64,000 nt of DNA, from NCBI GenBank assembly GCA_964016885.1, contig OZ024755.1:9238001-9302000 (forward strand), written 5' to 3'. The position numbers and the translations under genes are program-made. Of the stretch, positions 1 through 14,100 are shown piece by piece; position 1 is the first letter of the stretch; every line of letters begins with the position of its first letter. The DNA comes from Eledone cirrhosa (lineage: Eukaryota). The notes under the pieces were generated by a model. The model had not been told where the DNA came from. It made no database searches and saw nothing but the letters and a program-made list of their open reading frames with translations.

Positions 1-139
1 CAACTTTTCGCAAACGGTTTTGGAGATTTATCTCTAATTTATTGTTCTGGAGATCATAAAGGTAAAAGAAAAAAACGTATATCTTTCGCAAGTGTATATA
101 TATATTCATACTAAACATAGAATTTCTAAAGTGGGGATT

Positions 140-360
140 TATATGGCTCTGTGGTTAAAGTGTTTAGCTCAGGATGGTAAGTAAAGGCAGGGAATTCAAT
201 TTTCGGTGGTGTGTTATGTTCTTGAGCAAGAAAAACTAAATTTTCCCTGAGAACTACTTTAAGGGGTACACGTGTTTGTAGAGTGTTCAATACATGTATG
301 ATTAGAATGTTCCGTTGATCATACAACTGGAACAAACGTCCTCGGAACCGACGGGGGTGC
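140..360 (+). mobile_element. Degenerate tRNA-derived CORE-type SINE
   Basis: A-box-like TGGCTCTGTGG, then CORE-like GTGTTATGTTCTTGAGCAAG and 3' end GTCCTCGGAACCGACGGGGGTGC shared with copies near 30810 and 41515. Confidence 0.55.
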
Positions 361-787
361 AATACATACATATATATATATGAAAGTGGGGTAAAAATCT
401 TTCATGGGAGCATTCAGAATATTTATTTTAAAGTTTGACGTGAAACTGTGATTAAACGGTTCGCTCATGCTGCATATATACATATATATATATATAGGTA
501 TCGGTATATTTTCGTAGGGGTACATGAAGCATCTTGCAATATAAGTGTATGTTCAATCACACGCCTAACGTTTGTAAATGGAAATTACTAAAAAGACGTA
601 GAAAAGGGAAAAGGGACTGTTCTAAAGTTCATGGTGGGTAAATAAGCTAATTCTGACGATAACTAATTAATCACTAATTCAAACATGACACACCGTGTAA
701 CTAACCTATAGTCACTAATTTGTATTGCTTCATGTACATATCTATACACTCACACATACATATATTCAGTCATATATATATATATAT

Positions 788-827
<40 letters not shown>

Positions 828-1467
828 GGGGGGGGGGCAGACAGACGGACAGACTGACAGACAGACAGGCATACAGGCTGACACAGAGAGAGAAATGGGA
901 GGGGGGAGAGGAAGAGAGCGAGAACAGACTATATTCACAATTCTCAGCGCTATTAATAAATATAAACAGAAATATATCATAACCATTCCCTTTCCTTTTT
1001 TTTTCAACCCCTTTTAATATTGAGCCATACGATATACGCGAACTCCCCCTTCCCATCCATCCCCCGCTCCCCCATTTATTTATTTTTCAGATTCCTGGCT
1101 CGGTTCCCAAAATACCGTTATTGTCCCTGGTCATAATATAGATGTTTTACGAATAAACATTATCGCCCAATTCGGTTGCCTGTTTACAGTTTCTTTTATT
1201 ATAATTATTATTATTTATTTATTTATTCTGTAATAACTCTATCTGAGTCATTTTATGGTACATCCTAGCGCCTGCGATTCTTCCAGTACATAATAGTAAC
1301 ACGATTTTTAACAGAAATAGAAATATCGAAATAAGCTACCATAGTACAATGTCTATATATTTGTGTGCCGTTTCGTGGGTAATGGCGAACGGCTGGTTGG
1401 TTGTCGTTAATTTAAAGTTAATTATTATAATCTCAACAGATATATTTACGTATTCCAAGGTGATGAG

Positions 1468-1468
1468 A

Positions 1469-1563
<95 letters not shown>

Positions 1564-1778
1564 ATATATATAGACATATATATATACATACATACATAAT
1601 ACATATACATATATATATATACATATATCCATACATATATACATACATATATATCCATACATATATACATACATATATATATATACATATATACATACAT
1701 ATATATATATACATATATACATACATATATATATATACATATATACATACATATATATACATATATACATACATATAT

Positions 1779-1833
<55 letters not shown>

Positions 1834-1842
1834 CATATATAC

Positions 1843-1889
<47 letters not shown>

Positions 1890-1930
1890 TATACATATAT
1901 ACATATATATACATATATATACATATATAC

Positions 1931-2003
<73 letters not shown>

Positions 2004-2120
2004 CATATATATACATATATATATACATATATATACATATATATACATATATATATACATATATATACATATATATACATATATATACATATACATATAT
2101 ATACATATACATATATATAC

Positions 2121-2205
<85 letters not shown>

Positions 2206-2246
2206 CATATATATATACATATATATATATACATATATATATATAC

Positions 2247-2295
<49 letters not shown>

Positions 2296-3246
2296 CGTAT
2301 ACATATATATATACATATATGTACATATATATACATATATGTACATATATATATATACATATATGTACATATATATATATACATATATGTACATATATAT
2401 ATATATACATATATATACATATATATATATATACATATATATACATATATATATATATACATATATATACATATATATATATATACATATATATACATAT
2501 ATATATATATATATACATACATATACATATATATATATATACATACATATACATATATATATATATACATACATATATATATATATACATATATATACAT
2601 ATACATATATATACATATATATATATATACATATATATACATATATATATATATACATATATATACATATATATATATATATATACATACATATACATAT
2701 ATATATATATACATACATATACATATATATATATATACATACATATACATATATATATATATACATACATATACACATATATATATATATACATACATAT
2801 ACACATATATATATATATACATACATATACACATATATATATATATACATACATATACATATATATACATATATACATACATATATATACATATATATAC
2901 ATATACATATATATACATATATATATATACATATATATACATATATATACATATATATATACATATATATACATATATATATACATATATATAGAGATAT
3001 ATATATATAGATATATATATATAGAGAGAGAGAGATATATATATATAGAGAGATATATATATATATAGAAATATATATATATATAGAAATATATATATAT
3101 ATAGAAATATATATATATATATAGATATATATATATAGAGAGAGAGATATATATATATATATATATATAGATATATATAGAGATATATATATATAGAGAG
3201 AGAGATATATATAGATATATAGATATATATATATATATATATATAT

Positions 3247-3314
<68 letters not shown>

Positions 3315-3321
3315 GAGAGAG
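1468..3321. repeat. Compound (TC)n-(TA)n/(TACA)-(GA)n microsatellite array, about 1.85 kb
   Basis: Directly visible; source of the YIYI/ERER pseudo-ORFs. Confidence 0.98.
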
Positions 3322-3544
3322 ATATCAGGGGCGGTGGAAGCATTTCTAAATTGAGGGTGCCAAATTTGGACAATTTAGATGAGGTGATTAAACATAACAT
3401 ATACATAAATTGTAGCGTATATCCAAATAGCTCTGTGCCCTTTCCTAAGGAGTAAATATATCGAGTTTCTTCGCATTTGGTAAGAAACTGGTATTATACC
3501 CAATCTCCTATATATATATATATATAAACTGGTATTATACCCAT

Positions 3545-3602
<58 letters not shown>

Positions 3603-4204
3603 AAATATGATAATAATGGAGCTGCGGCGCTGCAAATGGGTTACATATGAAAAAGTTTGTCCTCATCAGTGGCCATCCAACCGTCGTAGGCATTTCGTCG
3701 CATTAAAGGCCATATACCTCAGGTTGGTGCGAGCAACGGCTAAAAAAAAGTCGTTGGGACACGTAAATAAAGGGGACGCTAGGGTAAACAAACAAAATGG
3801 TTTAAGCAGCAGAAAGTGATGAAGAAGGAAACAAGTCCCAGATTTCTATGAACATAAATTCGGTGGAATCGTGAACAACAGAATAAAGACCATCAAACCT
3901 GGTTGAAATGTGAGCAAGGAAGGAATTTCGCACAGGTCTAACGGGGGGAAGAATGGGTCTGGTCTGCGAATTCGGTAACAATAAGTTCTGTGAAGTCGCA
4001 GACGAGAGAGAGAGAGAAAAACAATTCATACCGGCTTGGCCAAGTGCCCGCGAGAAAAGGATTGCGGACAGGTCAAACGGGAAGAAAGGGGAGGAGGAGA
4101 GGTAGTAACAGAGAGTGAGTGAGTGAAAGGTGAGGAAGAGGCTAACAGAGAGAGAGACTGCTAGAAAGGGTAAAGACACAAAGAACGAAACAGACTGGTG
4201 TAGG

Positions 4205-4945
4205 AGATGAAGGGAGCCCACCTACATATAGAATGCTATCATTTAATATTTATAATGAATAAATAACATTTTTTAAAAATACATAAGTGGAAACAAAACA
4301 GTGCAATCAAATTTTTGCGGGAAAATATCTTACCTTCTCCAATAAAAAATATTATGTATTTTGCGAAAACCAAAAATAATGACCAGAAGTCGACCCTAAA
4401 TATTACTAATAGCTCTAGGAAAGCCATGAACGACACAACATCTTTTTAACTTTGATTTTGAAAGTAGGTTTATAATTATAAATTTTCATTATACTTTTAT
4501 AGCTGTCTCAGTGTCCTAGTTGGAAGAATCATAGACAGTGGCAATCCTGATCTGAAGTTCGATCCTGGTCGGGAGTAGGGTTCCCAGTAAACCTTTTCAG
4601 TTTTTTTCTATGGGTTGTAAAATAAAGACTGAAAAAGTTTACATGTACCGCTTGACCAGGATTGAACCCAAGGTCAGGATTTCCACCGTCTCTAGTACCT
4701 ACCACTAGGCCACAGAGACAACTACGAAAATCTTGCGAAAATTCATACTTATAAACCTACTTTCAAAATTTTCAAAACAAAGTGTTGTGGTGTCGTTCAT
4801 GTCTTTCTTAATGTTATTGCTCCTACTTAAGGTCGACTTCTAAATCATTTGGGTGTTCCATAAACTACATCCTCGTTTTGTTTCACATCTATCTAAATTA
4901 TATTTTAACCTGTAATCCATGTTTCATTTCTGTTCCACCTCATTT
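4205..4945 (+). mobile_element. Internal part of hAT-like non-autonomous element (homologous to 39093-39780); termini not seen
   Basis: About 740 bp aligns colinearly with the 39.1-39.8 kb copy, from GATGAAGGGAGCCCACCTACATATAGAAT to GTAATCCATGTTTCATTTCTGTT. Confidence 0.8.
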
Positions 4946-5138
4946 CTCCCCCCCCCCCGCCCCTCTCTCTCACTCTCTCTTTCTCTCTGTGATATTTGAA
5001 TCTACTATGATTTGGGCTTACCTTATTTCTATATATATATATATATGTTTTTTCATGTCAGTTAGCTTCAAACTTACAATGATTGGCATTATATACATTC
5101 ATTTATTGGTGACCTCATTCTTGCGTCAGTCAATAATT

Positions 5139-5417
5139 CACGGAACTCTCTTCCAATACCCCTCTGTATATCAATTAGCACCAAACTCTCCACCTCTCTA
5201 TATCTACTACACAGAACTCTCTTCCAATACCCCACTCTATATCAATTAACCCCAAATTCTCCCCCTCTTTATATCTACTACACGGAACTCTTTGCCAATC
5301 CCTCTCTCTATATCAATAAACATCAATCTCTCCTCCTCTCTATATCTAATATACTACACACTACCAACCTTCCTCTCTATATCAATTACCACCAAACTCT
5401 CCCCCTCTCTATATCTA
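5139..5417 (+). repeat. Minisatellite, about 4 copies of a 71-bp unit
   Basis: CACRGAACTCT recurs at 5139, 5210 and 5281; each unit contains CTCTATATCAATTA and CTCTATATCTACTA. Confidence 0.85.
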
Positions 5418-6116
5418 TATCTATCTCTGCCATCTGTCTCTACATAACATGTACATAAATTGTAGCGCGTATACAAATAGATGTATGTTTTGGTAACTTG
5501 CGGAGAAAAATATAATTATTGGGAGGGGGTGCTGATTTAAGAATTCAATGTGTAAATTAGAGGAATATTTGGCTGCTATTTCTAGCTCTTCCAGAATCCA
5601 TGAAAACCCTCCTTCTACATTGGCTCGGTGTTTTTTTTATTTTTTATTGTTATTTTCGTTCCTATTATTGTAAGAGGTAAATACATTTACATATTTACAA
5701 ATGTGTTCCTATTGTTGATGATGTTGCTGTCAATGTTTGAAGTTGATATTTTCAAAGATGTTGGAGCTACTAATGCTGTTTGCTTTAGTTGTTGTTGATA
5801 TTGTTATTGCTGTTGCTTTTGATATTGTTATTGTTGTTGCTGTTGATATTCTTGTTCATCTTCTTCCCGTTATTACTTTCTTTTTTTTTTCTTCGTTTTC
5901 TTCTTCTTCCTCCTTTTCATAATCATTTATCTTCTTTTTTTTCTTCATCTTATTTCTTCTTTTTCAGCTTCTTTTTCTTCTCCTCCTCCTTCTCCTTTCC
6001 TGTTGTTGTACTCAGTGTTGTTGTTCCAACCTCAATGTCAGAAAGTACACTATGTCTAGCTGGGACAGGCAATATGTAACGTGTCAACATCGGTAACATG
6101 CCAATGACTGTACCAA

Positions 6117-6170
<54 letters not shown>

Positions 6171-6342
6171 AATACACACACATGTTTAGATGCGTGTGTG
6201 CGAGAGCGTATATGAAGCTGCAGCTCATACTCCAGTACAAACATATATATATTCATATATAAATAAAAAATATACTAAATATACATGTGTAAAGATATAG
6301 ATATATATACATATACCACACACATATATATATATAATATAT

Positions 6343-6394
<52 letters not shown>

Positions 6395-6642
6395 AGCAGT
6401 CTGCATATTTCTGGTAGAAATTCTTTGACCCTAAATTATCAAAATACACGTTTAGAAATAACTGTGTACGCTCAATTTCAAATAAAAGGGGAAGCAATAG
6501 CTACATTGGCTATGATTTAAGTGTAATAGCTCTCTTGGTGCTGTTGAGATATAACTGCTGGCGTAACTATTTGCTTTATGCAAATATAAATTTAATAAGA
6601 AAACACACGTCCTTGCCAAACTGCTGCTTAACCCTATGTGGG

Positions 6643-6876
6643 TATGAGTGTCGGCTGAAAGGTTCATAGGCTGAAAAGTTCATACTCTGGAAAGTTCATA
6701 GGCAAAGCAGGATACCCTCATGGAATGCCCAAATGAGATATATTTTTTAACAAAGTGTCTGTAAATAAACAATGCAGTTATTAATAATATGATTTGAAAT
6801 TTATGTATGCAAGATTCCACATGTCGAGCATCACGCATTCAGAGTGAACCAATGAATCTTTCAGCCCACCTTCATA
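6643..6876. mobile_element. Tc1/mariner-type MITE remnant
   Basis: Imperfect TIRs TA-TGAGTGTCGGCTGAAAGGTTCAT ... ATGAATCTTTCAGCCCACCTTCA-TA; TA at both ends; related copy at 22755-22955. Confidence 0.65.
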
Positions 6877-7289
6877 CATTGACATGGGATTACTTTGGGC
6901 AACGCTGGCCTAATGTACCCCTTTTAAGAAAGTAGGGTAAATTTTGAAGTATATTTGGTTTCTATCTCTAGCGAGAGATGCAACTGTGTTGAGGCTGCCG
7001 AACTGGATGATGAAGTTTGTTTTGTATGTATGTAAATTCAAACGAATTGATCCTCAGAATTGCCGTCTCTTGTATTAATGCGAATGCATTTCATATTTAG
7101 CTCACTCTTAACTCATTCACTTATAAAGCTCTGCAGAAGTATTAATGCAAAACTGTTTTTATAATATCAATTTACTCCCTTGACAACTAAATATACGCCT
7201 GTTTTGAATTTGACATTGATATCATGCAGGACTAGTATATGCAATATCCTCGTTGGCATCGAATTCATTTGAAGATTCACTAAAGTGCA

Positions 7290-7686
7290 GGAAACCATTC
7301 CTGACAGTATTTAGTTACGTCACTTTCTTTTCTGAGTTAAAAAATCCCACCGGAATCGACTTTGCATTCCATCCTTCCAGATTTGATGGGGATTAGTACC
7401 AGTCAAATATTGGCTCAATATAATTCACAATATACACCAGCAAAATTGATCGCCTTGAGTCTATGTTACACAAAATAATGGTTTCTGATTTAGACACAAG
7501 ACCAACAATTTTAGGGGAGGGGAACGTCGATTAAATTAACCCCAATGGTTTTTTTTATCGACCTCGTAAGGTTGAAAGACAAAGCTAATCTCGGTGATAT
7601 TTGAGCTCAGAATGTAAATGGATGTAACTGTATGCCGCAGAGCATTTTGTCCGACGCTCTACTGATGTTGCCAATCCTCCGCCCTT
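7290..7686. mobile_element. Tail-to-tail pair of old SINE family A copies (+ 7290-7470, - 7478-7686)
   Basis: Degenerate matches to the family A consensus on opposite strands. Confidence 0.7.
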
Positions 7687-8000
7687 ATATTATACAAAAT
7701 AATGACTATGATTTTAAGAACTTACTTTCATTATTTTATCCTGCAAAGAACTCCAGAATCTTGAAAGACGTCAGAGGAATTGTTTAACAATTAAACGAGT
7801 GAGAAAGGAGTCATAAAAATTTCTAAAAGTTCAATTGCCTATTTCTAAAGTATCCCTCGAGATTGTTGATGCTAAGAGAAGAAAAGTAAATGATTTTCGC
7901 TAAAGTGAAGGGAGTTAAGCGAAAATAAAGTGAATTACTGTGGGTAAAGAGAACAGACACTGGGAAACGAACCAAACTACCGATTAGGTTGTCTTAAGTC

Positions 8001-8187
8001 GGTGGATTGACAGTATCGGTAGAGAGTCGGACGCCATGCTTTCCAGTATAGTTACGTCCTTTTACGGTCTGAGTTCAAATCCCGCCGAGGTTAACTTTGC
8101 CTTTCATCCTTACGGAGTCGATAAAATAAAGTACCAGTAATGTACTGGGCAATTGCTGGCTTTGTGCCAAAAGTAGAAACAATTATT
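8001..8187 (+). mobile_element. SINE family A (tRNA head plus Meta-like GCCTTTCATCC...GGGTCGATAAAAT domain), near full length
   Basis: A box TGACAGTATCGG, B box GAGTTCAAATCC, central GCCTTTCATCCTTACGGAGTCGATAAAATAAAGTACCAG; many copies in the window. Confidence 0.9.
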
Positions 8188-9826
8188 TAGTATAAAACAT
8201 TTTGACTACTTAGTTCTGTTTAAATTTTCAGAAATTTATGCTTTGGAAACTTTTCACAAGATTTATGTATTTTTTTCAACATTAGAAATATTCATTTAAA
8301 AAACATTGTTTCGAGGTCGTTTTAAAGAGGATGTGGAATAAGACAATGATTGATAGCTAATTACTTCCATTCCTCATCTACCAAAGAATGTCAACAGACC
8401 AATGCCACATGAACTTTGAACATATATTGAGGCATTTTCCATTGCTGTGCCGTAACTGAACGACTTTCACTAGAGAAAGATAGACTCCACTAGAATAAAA
8501 TGCCCAAGACATGTCGTGAATCTCAAAAGCCCTCCTATGATTACATTAAGTGTTAAAGGCATATGGATAGATGATGTCAAAGAGAGGGTAGAAATAAGTA
8601 TCTCTATAAGTTCATGCTTATCACACACACCTGTGAATTGAATGAACCATGTTCAACTAGTTACTCGTTTTCAAAGATGCCTGAACCTAAGTGGTGTTAC
8701 ACAAGAAAGCATAATATTTCCATTTTTTTCCAGCCCTCCTCCACTAAAATTACAGCCATCTAGTGCTAAAGGAAACAAACCTTAATTAGTCAAATATTCA
8801 CAGCTTACATTAGGGTGTGAGGTCCCTAGACACCACTTTAATGTCATTATGATACACAAAGTTATTTTTTTTAAATACTTTCTTGATTCCATTTGTTTGC
8901 TTTCCCGTTTGATGTACTGGTGCAAATTATAAAATACTTGTTATTTTTAAATATTTCTATCTGAGGTTCATTCTGATCAAGCAGATATATTGTTCAAGGC
9001 GTTCGAGACGAAATTATCTGGGCTCTGTTCTTGAGGCATATAATATCTTTGATAACACTATCCAATATATTTTTGGGAAGGTGTGCATGTCAAACAAGTG
9101 ACTTGATCTGAGATCGAGTTTAGAAAATAAAACAAATACATCATGGAAGAGTGATTTAGCTATTTAAAATCAAACAAAACTATTAGTTTCACTTTACATT
9201 TATTATATATTTCTTAGGGTGAAGGTTTTCTTGTCCTGTTTGCGACCTGATCATTAACCAAGAATTATAGGATAAATGTAAAATGAAGTTAAAAGTTTAT
9301 GTTTATTTTTTTTTTTACTAAAATAACTCTTTAACGGTGTAATATTTTCTTTTCCTTTTTTAACGAAGTAGATTTTGATTTTAGGGGTATTTCGCTGCTC
9401 ATTCTAAACTGGGTAACACAGTTTTCTGGAGAGATGGTTATATATATACAAATATGGGTGTGAGAATGTGCATGTCTGTGTATGGGGATTGTTTAACAAA
9501 AAGCAAAAGGAAAAGATTTGAATGATAAGCTCTTCAAAATTTGTCGCGAAATTCTTCATTTTTGGAAAGTGTGAAAATTAATAGCTTTGATGACAATCTA
9601 TAATAATATCAACATTGCATTTATTAGTACAAGTGTTGATGTTATTGCTGAGACTCTTCAACCGAATTCTCTTGAGAGAATCACTACTGTATTGAAGCTG
9701 TTGTCACAGCAGGTTTCACAACCCAGTAAACAGACTGTCACAAATTAATCCTTAGATATGCAACTGTAAAATTATAGTCATTCAAATACGGATACGCACA
9801 AAAACGCACACCGACATACACACATA

Positions 9827-9923
<97 letters not shown>

Positions 9924-10656
9924 GTACGTAAATATGGATAAATATGTATAAATATGTATATATTATATATGTGTGGGGGTGTAGTATATATATATATATA
10001 TATATATTAAATATAATTATAGCCATATATATATGCGTATACATATATGCGTATACACGTGTACATATATACATATATACATATACACATATATACATAT
10101 ACACATACATACATATATAGCTAAATGATATTGAAATAATAATGCTAGAAATACGTTTCATTATGAAAAGCAAAGAAAGCAGACTTACGTGTGTTTGAAT
10201 GTGTTTGTGTATATGTGTGATTTTCTTGGTGCGTGAGTACGACAATATATTTATATATAGTTCTGTTCATTCCAGGAAACTGTGAAAACTGATAGTTTTG
10301 ATGTCATTATATCATAATGCGCGGATTGTAATTATTATTCTTTTTTAGCTGTGGCATTTCAGCTTAATCCTCGGGAGAAAGTACTTTTATATTAGATCTG
10401 CCTGAGCAGCAGATTTTAATATCCAACGAGGAAATTCTTACAAATTAATCCATAAACGAACACACACTCACACCCACGCACACAAGTACATACATATGCC
10501 TGTGCCATTACATATATGTATATGTTTATGTATATGTCTATATACATTCAGACATATATATACATACATATACATATATATTTATATATATATATATATT
10601 TATATGTATGTATATATATATATGTATTTATATATATATAAATATATATATATATA

Positions 10657-10922
10657 CTCTTTTATTCTTTTACCTGTTTCAGCCATCCGGCTGAGGCCAT
10701 GCTGGGGCACCGCCCTTGTTGCTACACATTTTATCTCCAGCTTGTATAGGTTGGCCACTGGTGTAAGAGGGAGTTTGTTGCTGCTGCCCTTAGGTTTCCC
10801 TCGTGTCTTGCTGTGGGCTCATCCGGGATCCTGGATAACAAGGTGTCCAGATGTTTCTTGAAGACATCCACCTCCACGTCATGCAAGTCTCTCAGATCCC
10901 TCGGCAGCCTGTTGAAGAGTTG
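10657..10922 (-). mobile_element. 5'-truncated CR1-group LINE 3' end inserted in (TA)n
   Basis: Minus strand translates [36 protein letters not shown]...AATNSLLHQ, typical of a CR1 ORF2 C-terminus, then a short 3' UTR and TAAAAGAATAAAAGA tail. Confidence 0.8.
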
Positions 10923-11038
10923 AGTATATATGTATGTATTTATATATATATGTATTTATATATATATATATATATATTTATATGTATGTATATATATATG
11001 TATTTATATATATAAATATATTTATATATATATATATG

Positions 11039-11075
<37 letters not shown>

Positions 11076-11173
11076 TTATATATATAAATATATTTATATA
11101 TATAAATATATTTATATATATAAATTTATATATATATATATATATATGTATAATGGAAAATGCCTCAATATAC

Positions 11174-11260
<87 letters not shown>

Positions 11261-11267
<7 letters not shown>

Positions 11268-11745
11268 CTGAGGTTTTTTTACAAATTGAAAAATAACCGA
11301 GGTGTCCTACACGAGTGAAAGTATAAAGAAAAAGAGATGAAACCAAAAATCCAACTAGAGTCGTATTTTTTTTTTTAAATATATGTATTTATTTGGTTCC
11401 TTTACCGGTTTCGCAGTTCTTCTGCTTTTCAAAAGTAGAGTTGAGATGGAGGGTCTGTTGTTTTTCTCACATCTGGTTGGTCTCTGAATGTTACTTGTTT
11501 TATATGGAAAAAGTGGCTCGAAATGCCAGAAGTAATTTGACTGGTTGGTCAATAATTATAATAAATTTCGCGCCAGTTCGCGTTACAATAGTTCTTCAAA
11601 TAAGAGTGGGGGGTTGTCACAGGTTGTTTTTTCATATATGAGTGTTTGAATTTCTTTTTACTTCAAAAAAGGGGGCTCACGAAGGCTTTTTTTTGGTTGG
11701 TTATAAATGAAATTATGGCTGTCACGTGAACAAGTTTTCATTAAA
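11261..11745 (-). mobile_element. Non-autonomous Penelope-like insert (family B) between (TA)n tracts
   Basis: Unique sequence bounded by TA arrays; contains a hammerhead followed by AATAAA; homologous to 45429-45760. Confidence 0.7.
11399..11436 (-). ncRNA. Minimal type I hammerhead ribozyme, U3-A8 core variant
   Basis: CUU-UUGAAAA-GCAG(AAGAA)CUGC-GAAA-CCGG-UA/AAG; palindromic stem III ACCGGU; AATAAA just downstream. Confidence 0.75.
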
Positions 11746-11811
11746 TATATATATATATACATATATATATATACATATACATATATACATATACATATAT
11801 ACTTATATACA

Positions 11812-11843
<32 letters not shown>

Positions 11844-11956
11844 CATACATATATATATATACATATACACATATACATATATATACATATACACATATAC
11901 ATATACACATATACATATATATACATATACATATATATACATATACACATATACAT

Positions 11957-11987
<31 letters not shown>

Positions 11988-12040
11988 TACATATACACAT
12001 ATATATATACATATACACATATATATATATACATATATAC

Positions 12041-12075
<35 letters not shown>

Positions 12076-12580
12076 CATATATACATATATATATATATAT
12101 ACATATATACATATATACATATATATATAGATATATACATATATACATATATATATACATATACACATATATATATATATATATACATAATATATTATAT
12201 ACATATATTATACATATACACATATATATATATATATATACATATACACATATATAATATATAATATATACATATACACATATATATATATATATATATA
12301 CATATACACATATATATATATACTATATACATATACACATATATATATATATATATACATATACACATATATATATATATTACATATACACATTATATAT
12401 ATATATACATATACACATATATATATATATACATATACACATATATATATATATACATATACACTATATATATACATATATACATATATATACATATTAC
12501 ATTATACTATACATATATATATATACATATATACATATACATATACATATATATATATACATATATATACATATATATAC

Positions 12581-12617
<37 letters not shown>

Positions 12618-12706
12618 TACATATATATATATATATACATATATACATATATATACATATATACATTTATATACATATATACATATATAAATATATATAC
12701 ATATAT
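11746..12706. repeat. (TA)n/(TACA) microsatellite array
   Basis: Directly visible. Confidence 0.97.
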
Positions 12707-12751
12707 ATTTTCAACTGTGAAAATTGCAAACTTGACTGTCACCACACATTA

Positions 12752-12790
12752 TGAACCTGAAGATTGCGAAAGCATGAAAGTACTTGTTCA
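12752..12790 (+). ncRNA. Minimal type I hammerhead ribozyme, canonical core
   Basis: UGAAC-CUGAAGA-U-UGC(GAAA)GCA-U-GAAA-GUAC-UU/GUUCA: 5-bp stem I, GNRA-capped stem II, palindromic stem III AGUACU, predicted cut after 12785. Confidence 0.75.
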
Positions 12791-12900
12791 ATTAACACTT
12801 AACATTTAATATCTATCATACTATTTCATTATAATACCATTATAAATTTTAAAGGATTGTAAATAAAAGGAGTAAATCAGACAAAGTTGGAATTCCTCTT

Positions 12901-13079
12901 ATTGGCAGTATCGGTAGAGGGTCGGACGCCATGCTTTCCAGCATAGTTACGTCCCTTTACGATCTGAGTTCAAATCCCGCCGAGGTTGACTTTGCCTTTC
13001 ATCCTTACGGGGTCGATAAAATAAAGTACCAGTAATGCACTGGGTAATTGCTGGCCTTGTGCCAAAAGTAGAAACAATT
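12901..13079 (+). mobile_element. SINE family A, young copy
   Basis: Nearly identical to 8001-8187 and 62143-62326. Confidence 0.9.
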
Positions 13080-13312
13080 AATATATATATATATATATAT
13101 ACATATATATACATATATATATATACATATATATACATATATATACATATATACATATATATATACATATTTATATATACATATATATTTATATATATGT
13201 GTGTGTGTGAGGATTCCGGATAGAGATCGGAAGGTTACCAAAATCAAAAAAGGTACTCAATATGCTTGTAGAGTATAGGATATCTTTATATATATATGTG
13301 TGTGTGTGTGTA

Positions 13313-13345
<33 letters not shown>

Positions 13346-13759
13346 GAGTGTGTGTAGAGAGAGAGTGCGGGGGAATGACCAAAGAAAGATCAACCATCTA
13401 ACAATGACACAAATCCATTTGAGACTGACCCCCTAAGTTAAGTTATGCAGAATCTATAACACCTTTCGTGACATTAAAGAAAGACCTTAACCTTATTATA
13501 CGTTTCTTCAAAAGTTCACTTGACATAGTAAATAATCCTCACAGCTTGGACAAATCACTTATAGTAAGCTTTTTACCCATCAACATTACTACTGTATGCG
13601 AAGCTATACACTATACTCATAAAATATAACAAACGCTAATAATCTACTGTATATATTTTGAAGCTAAATAAATCGTCATGAAGTTTATTATAAACGATAG
13701 GATTTCATAGCTCATAAACACATATCATATTTAAGTAAACTTCATTATGAATCCAGATG

Positions 13760-14100
13760 TTTGTTAAATAACCCCAAAAATATCAGAATTCCGTATAGTC
13801 ATCAAGAAATTATTAGACAAGTTTTAGAGAAAACAAGATCATACCCCATCCCACATACACACACACATTTATGGTGTAGAATGTGTAATGGAGTCGCTGG
13901 ATCGGTTATAAGCCGAGTCATAAAATCCTCCAATTTGAAATTATTGATGTTTATCCATCGATTATTAAACCTCTTCTTATCAGCATTGCAATAGACAAAT
14001 ATAAGTTAGCGTATCCGATATAATCAAACAAATATGCAAGAATATTCTGTTTCTCTGTCAATAAAAACAAAACGACATCACAGACAATTGTACAAATAAC
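13760..14100 (+). pseudogene. Possible decayed Dong/R4 LINE zinc-knuckle region
   Basis: HQEIIRQVLEKTRSYP...WCRMCNGVAGSVISRVI resembles the QEQ...CRxC...ETxxHI segment of the 19290 ORF; weak. Confidence 0.35.

Noticed and set aside
1336-3406. Long ORFs of 200-600 aa (also at 11.7-12.7, 24.1-25.4, 27.0-27.6 and 37.0-38.0 kb)
   Set aside because: Translations of (TA)n/(CA)n arrays that happen to lack stop codons; [12 protein letters not shown] low complexity.
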